From an uncultured virus (IMG/VR IMGVR_UViG_3300038334_000112) (lineage: Duplodnaviria > Heunggongvirae > Uroviricota > Caudoviricetes), in IMG/VR virus record IMGVR_UViG_3300038334_000112: a stretch of 33,992 nt of DNA, one strand, 5' to 3'. A program made the position numbers and the translations under genes. The notes beneath the pieces are model-generated. The model saw nothing but the letters and a program-made list of their open reading frames with translations. It ran no database searches and was not told where the DNA came from. Positions 17,045-25,076 of this stretch are shown piece after piece (position 1 is the stretch's first letter; each line of letters begins with the position of its first letter).

Positions 17045-19231
17045 TCATTCGGCATACCCCATGGCAAATTCGCCGATTCCCATGCTGAAAGGACCATCGG
17101 GCACGTCGAGGAAGGCACAAATGCGGCCCTTGTAGTTGGGCTTCACGATGGCCTTGTCGGTCAGGAGCTGGTCGACGAGCTTGCGCACGCGGTCGCGGCT
17201 GATGTCCTGCAGCTCGTTGGAAAGCTCCTCAATGCGCTCGTGCACGCCGTTCTTTCCGGACTTGGTGAACGGGCGGCCGTCGCGCGCCGCCTTGGCGATG
17301 TCGGCCTGTAGGGTGCCCAGGAGGTCGTTCTCGCTGGCGAAGCCTTGCAGTTCGGCGTCACGGCACACCAGCAGCCCGTTGGCGTTGCGCACGAAGGTGG
17401 GCATGCCGCGATCGGCCGGCCCGTTGCTCTTGCAGACTGCGCCGCGGAAGACCTTGTTCGGCGCCCACTCCTCGCCCAGCTTCTTGCAGACCTTGCGCGC
17501 CTTGGAGCTCTCCTCGACGGCCAGGCCGATAAGGCAGCGCACGCCGTCGACCAAGGCCGTGGTGCCGCGCACGGCGTCTCGCATGGCGGCCGGGGACAGC
17601 GTCTGCTTGCCGTCCTTGCCGCCCGCCTTGCGCATGTGGTGCGCCAGCATGACCACGGCCCCGCTCTCGCTGGCCAGGGAGGCGAACAGGCCCGTGGTGA
17701 AGGCTCCGACCATGGGGTCGGCGTTCAGGTCGGCCATGATGAAGCTGGCCAGCGGGTCAAGGTTCACGAGCTTGAGGTTCTTGAACTTGGCGAGCTCGTC
17801 GCGCAGGCGCCACCAGGACTCGGACGCCTCGGGCCCGTGCTTGCCCATAACGACAAGCGGCATCGGGCCGCCGTAGTTCGGCAGCGGGACCACAAACAGC
17901 TTTCCGCGCGCGGCCTCGCGCCGCTTGCCCTTGGGGTCCATGCCCGCCATGCGGCGGTGCATTTCGTCGCGGTCATCCTCTGCGGTGATGATAACCGCTT
18001 CGCCCTGGGTGAGCACGTCGTGCCCCCACCAGCCCTTCGAGCCGGAGTTGAAGTCGAACATGCTGCCGTCGCCCCCGGCCACCTTCAGCGCTAGGTCCAG
18101 GGTGAGCATGCCCTTGCCCGCGTCTCCCATGCTGGCCAGCATGACGGCCGTGGACATGGGGAGCACGCCCTCGACGAGCCAGCGGCGCTCCGGGACCTCG
18201 CCCGTGAAGCTGTCGACGCCCCAGGCGCTGACATCGAGGGGGCGTTGCCCGGGCATGCTGGTCCCGGTGATCTGCGTTGTCACCACGTCCAGGCCCTCCA
18301 GGTGGTGCAGGTCGTTGAAGTCTGTCGGCCGCGTGGCCACGTCCTTGAAGGTCGGCATGACCACCGATCCGCCGACGGCCTTGGCGGCCTCCTGCGCGGC
18401 GCTCAGGCCCGGGTTGCCGTCTGTCCAGGCGTCGTTGTCGGCGGCGATGATGATGCGCGCCGTGGGCATCGTGGCGCGCACCTCCTGGGCGACAGGACCA
18501 AGGTTCCCGGCGTCGAAGGCCACAAAGACCGTTGCCCCGGTTGCGGCGTGCACGCTGGACGCCGTGGCGTAGCCCTCGGCGATGTAGACGGCCTTGGCCT
18601 GATCGCCGGGAATCCAGAAGGCGTTGCCCTTCTTTGCGCCGCCGGTGAGGAATAGCTTCGAGCCGTCCGGCTTGATGAACTGCAGGCTGTGGATCTTGCC
18701 GGTGCGGTCCATGAGCGGCACGACCAGGTTGCCGTGCTCGTCGACCTTGAGGCCGTGGGCGGCCACGCCTTTGGCGGAAAGGTAGGCGTGGGCGTGCGCG
18801 GGCTTGGCGCGCTCCCAGAGGAACGCTGCGCGCTCGGCGGCGAGCACCCGGCTCTTGGCCAGTTCCTCGTCACGCCTGGCCATGGCCTCGGCCATGCGGC
18901 GGCGGTTGGCCTCGCGCTCGGCGGGGCTGATGTCGTTCACGGCCCGGGCGCACCACTCCTGCGAGTCTCCGATCTTCCAGGAGCCGAAGGCCCCGGCCGG
19001 GATACCGTCGGGGTAGAAGATGAACCAGCCGTTCTTACTGCCCGGCTTGTCGCCCGGCACGGAGAAGCGTTCGATGCCCCCGGCCCTGATGTCCGGCCTT
19101 CCGTACCCGGCCGCCTCGAGCGCGTCCTGGAACTCACCGACCGGGTCAGTGAACGACCGGGCCCCGGCCGTGTCGGCCTGCTGGGATGGTGCATCCCGGA
19201 AGTCGAAAAAGTTGACGACCTTGCCGCTCAT
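17045..19231 (-). CDS. DNA primase-helicase (TOPRIM primase + RecA-like AAA_25 helicase)
   Basis: SLQFI, IAEGYATA, IIIAADND and TDFNDL TOPRIM motifs; ASMGDAGKG P-loop, TAEDD, LDPL, LAHHMRK and VRGTTALVDGVR helicase motifs. Confidence 0.92.
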   Translation of the reverse strand: MSGKVVNFFDFRDAPSQQADTAGARSFTDPVGEFQDALEAAGYGRPDIRAGGIERFSVPGDKPGSKNGWFIFYPDGIPAGAFGSWKIGDSQEWCARAVNDISPAEREANRRRMAEAMARRDEELAKSRVLAAERAAFLWERAKPAHAHAYLSAKGVAAHGLKVDEHGNLVVPLMDRTGKIHSLQFIKPDGSKLFLTGGAKKGNAFWIPGDQAKAVYIAEGYATASSVHAATGATVFVAFDAGNLGPVAQEVRATMPTARIIIAADNDAWTDGNPGLSAAQEAAKAVGGSVVMPTFKDVATRPTDFNDLHHLEGLDVVTTQITGTSMPGQRPLDVSAWGVDSFTGEVPERRWLVEGVLPMSTAVMLASMGDAGKGMLTLDLALKVAGGDGSMFDFNSGSKGWWGHDVLTQGEAVIITAEDDRDEMHRRMAGMDPKGKRREAARGKLFVVPLPNYGGPMPLVVMGKHGPEASESWWRLRDELAKFKNLKLVNLDPLASFIMADLNADPMVGAFTTGLFASLASESGAVVMLAHHMRKAGGKDGKQTLSPAAMRDAVRGTTALVDGVRCLIGLAVEESSKARKVCKKLGEEWAPNKVFRGAVCKSNGPADRGMPTFVRNANGLLVCRDAELQGFASENDLLGTLQADIAKAARDGRPFTKSGKNGVHERIEELSNELQDISRDRVRKLVDQLLTDKAIVKPNYKGRICAFLDVPDGPFSMGIGEFAMGYAE

Positions 19232-19240
19232 GATGGCCCC

Positions 19241-19990
19241 CTACGCTGCCCAGCAGCGCTGCGCGAAGTCGCACCACTTGCAAACAAAAAAGTCCGCGTT
19301 CTGGGCGATGCGTGGCAGCTGCACACCGGCATCGCAGGCGCGCAGGACGGTGACGGCGCGGTCGGACACGCGCTGCGCTTCGGACGCGTCGAAGGGGACC
19401 TGCTCGGCGTGGATCTCCATGGTGTCGGCGTTGAGCGCGGTGAAAAGCGCCGGGTTGGCCTCAAGGCCCATGTAGGCCATGTAGATCTGCACCTGGGCCC
19501 AGTATTCGGGGTAGGCAGTCTTGAGCCCGTCCTTCTTCAGCTTGGCGATGCCCTTGGCTCCCAAAACCTTGTGCTCCCAGAGGGCCGGGTACAGAATGAC
19601 GGTCGGGCCAGCGCAGAACACGCCGTCGCAGTGGCCGCTGAACCGGCCTTCGCAGGCCTCGAAGCCGAACTGCTCGCCGTTCTTCTTCTCGGTGCGCAGG
19701 TCGAACCCGGCCTGGCGGAACCAGCGGATCATCCACTTCTCGCCCTCGTGGCCGCGGTGGAAGATGCGCAGTTTCTGGCCGGTGAACTCGCGGCCCGGGT
19801 CCTGGGGCGTGCCGAGGAAGCTGTACTGGATCGCGCGCGGGCACGGCCGGCCGATTATGGATGCGCCGAGGTAGGCGCGCTGGCCCTGCTCCTGACGCTC
19901 GCGCTGCAGGGGCGCGCCTAGCAGTTCGTCCAGCGTTTCGGAAAGCGAGAGCCTGTGCCGAAGATCGAAAAGGCTGCTGTAGTCGTTCAT
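19241..19990 (-). CDS. Cas4-like PD-(D/E)XK exonuclease with 4-Cys Fe-S motif
   Basis: YLGASIIGRPC, GHCDG, WEHK, QVQIYM and CKWCDFAQRC. Confidence 0.85.
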   Translation of the reverse strand: MNDYSSLFDLRHRLSLSETLDELLGAPLQRERQEQGQRAYLGASIIGRPCPRAIQYSFLGTPQDPGREFTGQKLRIFHRGHEGEKWMIRWFRQAGFDLRTEKKNGEQFGFEACEGRFSGHCDGVFCAGPTVILYPALWEHKVLGAKGIAKLKKDGLKTAYPEYWAQVQIYMAYMGLEANPALFTALNADTMEIHAEQVPFDASEAQRVSDRAVTVLRACDAGVQLPRIAQNADFFVCKWCDFAQRCWAA

Positions 19991-20175
19991 CGTTTTCCCC
20001 CTGTGTACCTGAGAATTTCTTCATCCTGCCAAGGGCACTTGCCCTGCCCTTGGTGGCCATTCATCATGTGCATGAACGCCGTCCCGCACCACCCGGGGCT
20101 CGGCTTCTCGTGGAAGCTGGCGCACATCTTCTTGCAAAATTTCGAGTGCGCCTTGATCACCTCGGCGCAGTCCAT
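19987..20175 (-). CDS. Small Cys/His-rich hypothetical protein
   Basis: MDCAEVIKAHSKFCKKMC...WC...KCPW; start and stop overlap the neighbouring genes. Confidence 0.6.
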   Translation of the reverse strand: MDCAEVIKAHSKFCKKMCASFHEKPSPGWCGTAFMHMMNGHQGQGKCPWQDEEILRYTGGKR

Positions 20176-20378
20176 CAGAACGGCACGTCGTCGACGAGCC
20201 CGACCTTCCCGGCCAGGTCTGAGCCGACGGCCTTGATGAACAGCGTGCGCTGGCTGGCTGCGTCCAGAACGGCCTCGCAAAGCGCCAGGGCCTCTTCCTT
20301 GGTCATGTCGACCACGCGCTTGTCGATGATGCCGGAACCGCTGAGGCGTCCGGCGAGAGTCGGCAGATCGAAGTTCAT
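20175..20378 (-). CDS. Small hypothetical protein ending in DDVPF
   Basis: 67 aa; ATGA-coupled to the helicase; DMTKEEALALCEAV core. Confidence 0.7.
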   Translation of the reverse strand: MNFDLPTLAGRLSGSGIIDKRVVDMTKEEALALCEAVLDAASQRTLFIKAVGSDLAGKVGLVDDVPF

Positions 20379-22093
20379 GAGACCCCCAGGGCGCCCTCGA
20401 TGACGCGGCGGTTGAATTGGAATGTCGCGTGGCAGCTGGCCGTGTACTTGGTGAAGCAGGAGCTCCCGATCATGTCTGGTGTGATGCCGTAGCCGAAGCG
20501 GTTCAGGATCTCGATCTGCTTGTCCGAGGCCCCGTCGTTCAGCCAGCGCTTACTCTTGCGCGCAGCCGAGTCGGTCTCGTGCTCGCGCAGGAAGTCGTCA
20601 GCGGCCACCATGGCGTGCAGGCGGTCGGTGAAGGCCAGCTTGTGCAGGATGTAGGAGCCGTTCTGCTTGCCCAGGGCGTGGAAGGTGTCACCGTCAGCGC
20701 TGAAGATGCCGACCCAGGCGGCGAAGCCGGTCGCGATCATGACCTTGCCGGAGCCGAACAGATCCACCCAGCGGAAGGGGCTGGCGTTCAGGATGTCCAT
20801 CTCGGTCAGGTCGACTTCGGTGACTTCGGTCTCCTGGCCATCCGAGCGCTCGAAGAGGAAGCCGCAGATAGGGCACGTGCGCGTCTGCACCGGCAGCTCG
20901 GCACCACACCCGGTCTTCCCGTTGCGGTCGGGGAAGATGTAGTCGCAGTCACCGTCGAGCGGGCAGGTCTTCGTCTGGGCCTCGCCCGGGGTCTGCTCGG
21001 ACTCTTCGTGCAGGCCATCGTCCTGGTCCAGGTTGCCGTGCGTCAGGATGCTGGTGCCGAAGTCGAGGATGACACAGTCGCTCTTGCGCACGCCCGGGTA
21101 GATCTCCGGGTCAACGGTGCGCAGGCCGCGGCCGGCCATCTGGATCAGCGGACCTTTCTCCGAACACTGGCGCAGGAGCACCACGCAGCTGACCGGCTGG
21201 CAATCCCAGCCCTCGGTCAGCACCATGCAGTTGGTGATGACCTGCAGCTTGCCCTTGTCGAAGTCCTTGAGGACGTGCTCGCGCTCCCAGTCGGGCATGT
21301 CGCCATGCACGCAGGCCGCGGCCACTCCGGCCTCACGGTATGCGGCCGCCATGTCCTGGGCGTGCTGCACGGTGGCGCAGAACACGACGGTCGGCCTGTC
21401 GTGCGCCTTCTCCTTCCAGTTCCGAAGCACTTCGGAGGTCACGGCCACGTTGTTGAGCACCGCGGCGACCTTGTCCTGTTCGAAGCCGGTCACCCGGCCC
21501 AGGGCCTGCAGGTCCTCGCGCGAGGAGCCGACGGAAATGACAAAGGCCCGGGGCGGCACAAGGAAGCCCAGGCTCACGAGTTCGCGGATCGTGACCTTGT
21601 CGGCCACGTTGTTAAACCAGCGGCGCAGGGAGGTCTTGTCGCCACGCTCGGGCGTGGCCGTGAAGCCCGCCAGCTTGCAGTCCGGGTTGATGGTGCGCAC
21701 GGCCTCGATGATGCGGGCATAGGTCGGCGCGGCGATGTGGTGGGCCTCGTCGATCACGCACACGTCGAACTTGGGTATGCGGTCCAGGTTGCGCGCCAGG
21801 GTCTGCTGCATGGCGAAGACGTTGTCACCATGCCAGGACTTCACGTCGGCGGTGAACAGCGAGCAGCGCTCGCCGGGGTTCACCTTGAGAAATTTGCGGA
21901 GGTTCTGGTCGACCAGCTCGTCGCGGTGCTGCAGGATGAGCGCCTTGCCCTTCTTGCGCGCGCGCTTGGTGACGGCGGCCAACATGATGGTCTTGCCCGC
22001 GCCGGTCGCCGCGATGCCCAGAGAATTGCCCTTCTCCTTGAGCGCGGCGTTCATCTTTTCAACGAAGCGGGTCTGGTACGGCCTAAGAATCAT
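20375..22093 (-). CDS. SF2 DEAH helicase (RadD/YejH-like)
   Basis: LRPYQ, ATGAGKT, DEAHH, TATPER, VLTEGWD, QMAGRGLR and a C-terminal zinc ribbon. Confidence 0.93.
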   Translation of the reverse strand: MILRPYQTRFVEKMNAALKEKGNSLGIAATGAGKTIMLAAVTKRARKKGKALILQHRDELVDQNLRKFLKVNPGERCSLFTADVKSWHGDNVFAMQQTLARNLDRIPKFDVCVIDEAHHIAAPTYARIIEAVRTINPDCKLAGFTATPERGDKTSLRRWFNNVADKVTIRELVSLGFLVPPRAFVISVGSSREDLQALGRVTGFEQDKVAAVLNNVAVTSEVLRNWKEKAHDRPTVVFCATVQHAQDMAAAYREAGVAAACVHGDMPDWEREHVLKDFDKGKLQVITNCMVLTEGWDCQPVSCVVLLRQCSEKGPLIQMAGRGLRTVDPEIYPGVRKSDCVILDFGTSILTHGNLDQDDGLHEESEQTPGEAQTKTCPLDGDCDYIFPDRNGKTGCGAELPVQTRTCPICGFLFERSDGQETEVTEVDLTEMDILNASPFRWVDLFGSGKVMIATGFAAWVGIFSADGDTFHALGKQNGSYILHKLAFTDRLHAMVAADDFLREHETDSAARKSKRWLNDGASDKQIEILNRFGYGITPDMIGSSCFTKYTASCHATFQFNRRVIEGALGVS

Positions 22094-22144
22094 GGTCTCC
22101 CCCCGGAGGGGAGGGGCCCGAAGGCCCCTCCGAGTGATGTGTGC

Positions 22145-22933
22145 CTACCGCGCCCACTGCGGGACAGAAGCGCCGGGCAAGCCGCCCTGGGCAGCGGGAG
22201 GCACAGGGGCCGCACCGGCGGGAGGAGCGCCAGCGGGAGACCAACCAGGGGAGGCAGCCGCAGGGGCGGCGGTGCCAGGAGCAGCCCACCCGCCAGTGGT
22301 GGCGGGAGCGGCAGACGCGGCCGCGGTGACGGAAGGCGCGGGCTCGGAGCCCAGGACCTCGCCACCGGCCATGACGGCACCGTATTCCTGCTTGTCGGGG
22401 GTGACGACTGCGCGGATGACATTGCGCGCCTTAGGATACTGAGTGGACGGGGTGTCGTAGCCGATCTTGATCGGAATGGTCAGGCCTTCCAAGTCATGGA
22501 AGCCCTTGATGATGAGAGCCGCCTGCGCCACCGGGCTGTTGTCGCCGGGGGCGACATTTCGCGCGGCCTGGAGCATAGCCTTGAAGGTGGCTCGGGTGAT
22601 GTTGATGGCCTTGGTGTGCCCGTCCGAGCCGTCGCCGCCAACACCCATGTTCTGCCAAAACTTGCGGCCCTTGAGCGTTCCGGACACACATTCGAACTCG
22701 CAGTCGAGGTACTGGAAAGCAGAGGTCTTGGACCGCGTAACCATGGCCGCGCTTGTGATGGCGTCAGGCGTGGCCTGCGGGCCGGTTGGCATCGGCAGAG
22801 CCTGCTCGGGCTTCGGCCGGCGGATGTTCACCTTGAACAGGGCGATGGTCCCGCCGGGGATCGGCTCCCCGGAGAATTCGCGCTGGTCGTCGGCGTTGCT
22901 GAAATCGAAGAAGTTGTCGCTGTTGGAAGCCAT
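22145..22933 (-). CDS. Phage single-stranded DNA-binding-like protein
   Basis: Start MASNSDNFFDF with GGAGGA RBS; YLDCEF...GRKFWQ OB-like core; long Pro/Ala tail ending VPQWAR; follows the Sak4-like gene. Confidence 0.7.
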   Translation of the reverse strand: MASNSDNFFDFSNADDQREFSGEPIPGGTIALFKVNIRRPKPEQALPMPTGPQATPDAITSAAMVTRSKTSAFQYLDCEFECVSGTLKGRKFWQNMGVGGDGSDGHTKAINITRATFKAMLQAARNVAPGDNSPVAQAALIIKGFHDLEGLTIPIKIGYDTPSTQYPKARNVIRAVVTPDKQEYGAVMAGGEVLGSEPAPSVTAAASAAPATTGGWAAPGTAAPAAASPGWSPAGAPPAGAAPVPPAAQGGLPGASVPQWAR

Positions 22934-22937
22934 GATG

Positions 22938-23786
22938 CTATTCCTCCGTGGTGGTGGGGTTGGTGTAGGTGAGGTTCGTGGCCGGGCTGGTCGCCATGCC
23001 CGCCAGGATCTTGTCCATGAGCTTGCCCAGGTGCGCGGGCTCGATGGTGTTGAGCGCGCCCGAGCGGTCGCCCGCGGGGAACCCGAAGTCGTTGGGGTTG
23101 GAGCAGACGAACTGGCGCTGCTGGACGCCGTCCTTGTCGGGCAGCGCGGCCATGGTGATGACCTGGTCAACGATGCCGGGCAGCTCCAGGCCGGTCTTGC
23201 TGCCGTCGATCTGCGCCTGGTATGTCTTGCGGCCGTAGTCGTCGGTCTTCTCGTCGAGCAGGCCCACCAGCCACACGCTCTTGCCCTTGGCGCGCTGGAA
23301 GCGGGTGAGGATGCCGATCATTTCCTGCCCGTGCAGGCCGTAGGCCCCGCGGGTATCCGGCTTGCCGGTCTTCTCGCTGAATGCCTGAGGCTGGCGCTTG
23401 CACCAGCCGAAGCACAGGCGCCCCAGCACGGTGATGGAGTCGATGAAGATGGTCTTGTACTTGGCCAGGATCGCCGGGTCGCCATAGGTCTGGCAGACGT
23501 GGGCGTAGTGGGCGTCGGAGTAGTCTTCCATGGTCCCGGCCCTGGCCATGTCCGGGCCACCGAGCCAGCAGGCGAGATTCTTGGCCGTCTGCCAGTCGGT
23601 CACCTCGACGCTGTCACCCTTCCAGTCGCGCACACTCAGGCCACCGGCCTCCATGTCCACGAACAGGGTCGTGGCCGCGTTCAGGGTCCAGAGCAGGGAC
23701 GTTTTCCCAATTTTTGCGGGCCCGAAGATCACGCCCTTGATGCCGCTATTCTCGTTGATGCGCTCGTCGGCGCTGATGATCCTCAT
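22938..23786 (-). CDS. Sak4-like (AAA_24) recombination ATPase
   Basis: GPAKIGKT, DMEAG, FIDSIT, ELPGIVD and DRSGAL...EPAHL. Confidence 0.85.
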   Translation of the reverse strand: MRIISADERINENSGIKGVIFGPAKIGKTSLLWTLNAATTLFVDMEAGGLSVRDWKGDSVEVTDWQTAKNLACWLGGPDMARAGTMEDYSDAHYAHVCQTYGDPAILAKYKTIFIDSITVLGRLCFGWCKRQPQAFSEKTGKPDTRGAYGLHGQEMIGILTRFQRAKGKSVWLVGLLDEKTDDYGRKTYQAQIDGSKTGLELPGIVDQVITMAALPDKDGVQQRQFVCSNPNDFGFPAGDRSGALNTIEPAHLGKLMDKILAGMATSPATNLTYTNPTTTEE

Positions 23787-23788
23787 GG

Positions 23789-24019
23789 CTAGTAGCCTCC
23801 CTTCGGATTTCCACCACGGCGGCGGTCGATCTCCTCACGGGTGAGCAACCCGGAGCCGGGGCGGTTGTGGTAGGACTTCGCAGTGCCTGGGCCGTTGTGC
23901 TTCGTGCACCACTTCGCGCCAAGCCGCGGCGCGCCCGGCATGAACCGGCTCTTCGAGAGGACGCGCGAGCCGCCGGAGGCGAGGCCCATAAGCACTGCGA
24001 GACGCGTGGCGATGTTCAT
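23789..24019 (-). CDS. Hypothetical protein
   Basis: 76-aa ORF that tightly fills the operon gap. Confidence 0.55.
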   Translation of the reverse strand: MNIATRLAVLMGLASGGSRVLSKSRFMPGAPRLGAKWCTKHNGPGTAKSYHNRPGSGLLTREEIDRRRGGNPKGGY

Positions 24020-24020
24020 G

Positions 24021-24449
24021 CTACTTCGCCTCCTTGATCTCGATCTTGGGCTTGCCGGTGGTGACGGTGCGCGCGGGAAGGAACGCGGCCTGGATCGTGT
24101 CCGGCCATTCCTTGTAGCGGCGCTCGTCGACGCCGTAGGTCAGCTTGAGGTACTGGGCCGGGTCATCGCCGCAGTCCTTTTTGGGAAGCGTGACCGTCAC
24201 CTTGAAGCCACCATCAACGAAAGAAGCGGCCCCCGTGTCCTTGCCCTGCAGGCGGCGCAGCTCGTCAGCCTTGGAGACGCAATGCGCGTTGATCTTGGCT
24301 TCGAGCTCAGTGATCTGCGTGGCCAGGGGACCGAGCAGCAGCTGATCCATCTGGTCGCGCAGGGGCTGGAGCTGAGAATTCAAGAGCGCCTGGGCTGCGT
24401 CCTTGGCCTTGACGGCCTGGGTAAAATCGAAGTACGTTGACTCTGTCAT
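24021..24449 (-). CDS. Conserved-looking phage protein heading the recombination module
   Basis: Start MTESTYFDF with AAGGGGG RBS; coiled coil, then GKDTGA...VTLPKK...YGVDERRYKEWP...PARTVTTGKP. Confidence 0.7.
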   Translation of the reverse strand: MTESTYFDFTQAVKAKDAAQALLNSQLQPLRDQMDQLLLGPLATQITELEAKINAHCVSKADELRRLQGKDTGAASFVDGGFKVTVTLPKKDCGDDPAQYLKLTYGVDERRYKEWPDTIQAAFLPARTVTTGKPKIEIKEAK

Positions 24450-24581
24450 TTGGTTCCCCCTTGAAGCGCCTCGCCTTGCCCGCGAAGGCGCTTCTGCTTT
24501 TTGTGGCACTAGAGATTTTTTAACTACGCGCCTCTATTCGTCTTTTTATTGTCCTGTCCGACAACTATCTGACAGACCTCC

Positions 24582-24773
24582 TCATTTTTCTCGGATATTC
24601 TCCAGGCTAGGCTTCAAGCCCTGGAACGCATTCACGAGTGGCGAGCCGTAAAGGAGGGCCCCCCGTATGAATTCGCTGGAGCGCATATCCGACATCGCAA
24701 TCTGGGCGTTGAGCCAGTTGAAGAAGTCCTCGTCACAGCGGAACTCGAACTTCTTTTCCTTTTTCCCCGCCAT
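24582..24773 (-). CDS. Ribbon-helix-helix regulator in the cII position
   Basis: KKFEFRCDEDFFNWLNAQIAMSDMRSSEFIRGAL fits the strand-helix-helix pattern; GGAGG RBS; directly after cro. Confidence 0.65.
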   Translation of the reverse strand: MAGKKEKKFEFRCDEDFFNWLNAQIAMSDMRSSEFIRGALLYGSPLVNAFQGLKPSLENIREK

Positions 24774-24777
24774 GCCT

Positions 24778-24981
24778 TCACACCTCCGCGCTGTTTGTCT
24801 GCGTGGAGGTGTCTTCAATGAAGAAAGATTGCCAGGGTATGCCGAGCTGCTTCTCAATGTTCTTCGCCAGATTGACCGAAGGTCGAGTTCGACCATTCAG
24901 GACGGCATTGAGATGCTGCTTGCTGACCCCGAGGGCTATGGCGGCCTCAACCTGCTTCTGGGTGATTTGGTTGGTATCCAT
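24778..24981 (-). CDS. cro: Cro-like XRE HTH protein
   Basis: QVEAAIALGVSKQHLNAVLNGRTRPS; divergent from cI. Confidence 0.85.
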   Translation of the reverse strand: MDTNQITQKQVEAAIALGVSKQHLNAVLNGRTRPSVNLAKNIEKQLGIPWQSFFIEDTSTQTNSAEV

Positions 24982-24988
24982 GCGAAGG

Positions 24989-25017
24989 ACAGTAAAGAAT
25001 AAATCTTTACCTGTCAA
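24989..25017 (-). promoter_or_regulatory. pR-like promoter with operator in the spacer
   Basis: TTGACA-17 nt-TACTGT; inverted repeat GTAAAGA-ATAAA-TCTTTAC at 24992-25010. Confidence 0.8.
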
Positions 25018-25076
25018 GAATTGAAAGGCGAAAATCTTGATTGTCCGTCTTGATGTATTCGCACTAGGGAGTTGCC

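Noticed and set aside
16743..17120. 125-aa ORF with repeated HDG peptides
   Set aside because: The peptide repeats simply reflect the CCGTCATG DNA repeats, which occur alongside inverted motifs; no RBS; better explained as an origin.
19241..19990. Cas4-like gene as part of a CRISPR-Cas locus
   Set aside because: No other cas gene or array; it sits in a phage recombination/replication operon.
22110..22131. Hairpins after the SSB-like gene (GGAGGGGCC-TTCG-GGCCCCTCC) and after the sheath (about 5272-5295) as terminators
   Set aside because: Strong stems but no proper U-tract; more likely mRNA stabilisers, so not called as terminators.
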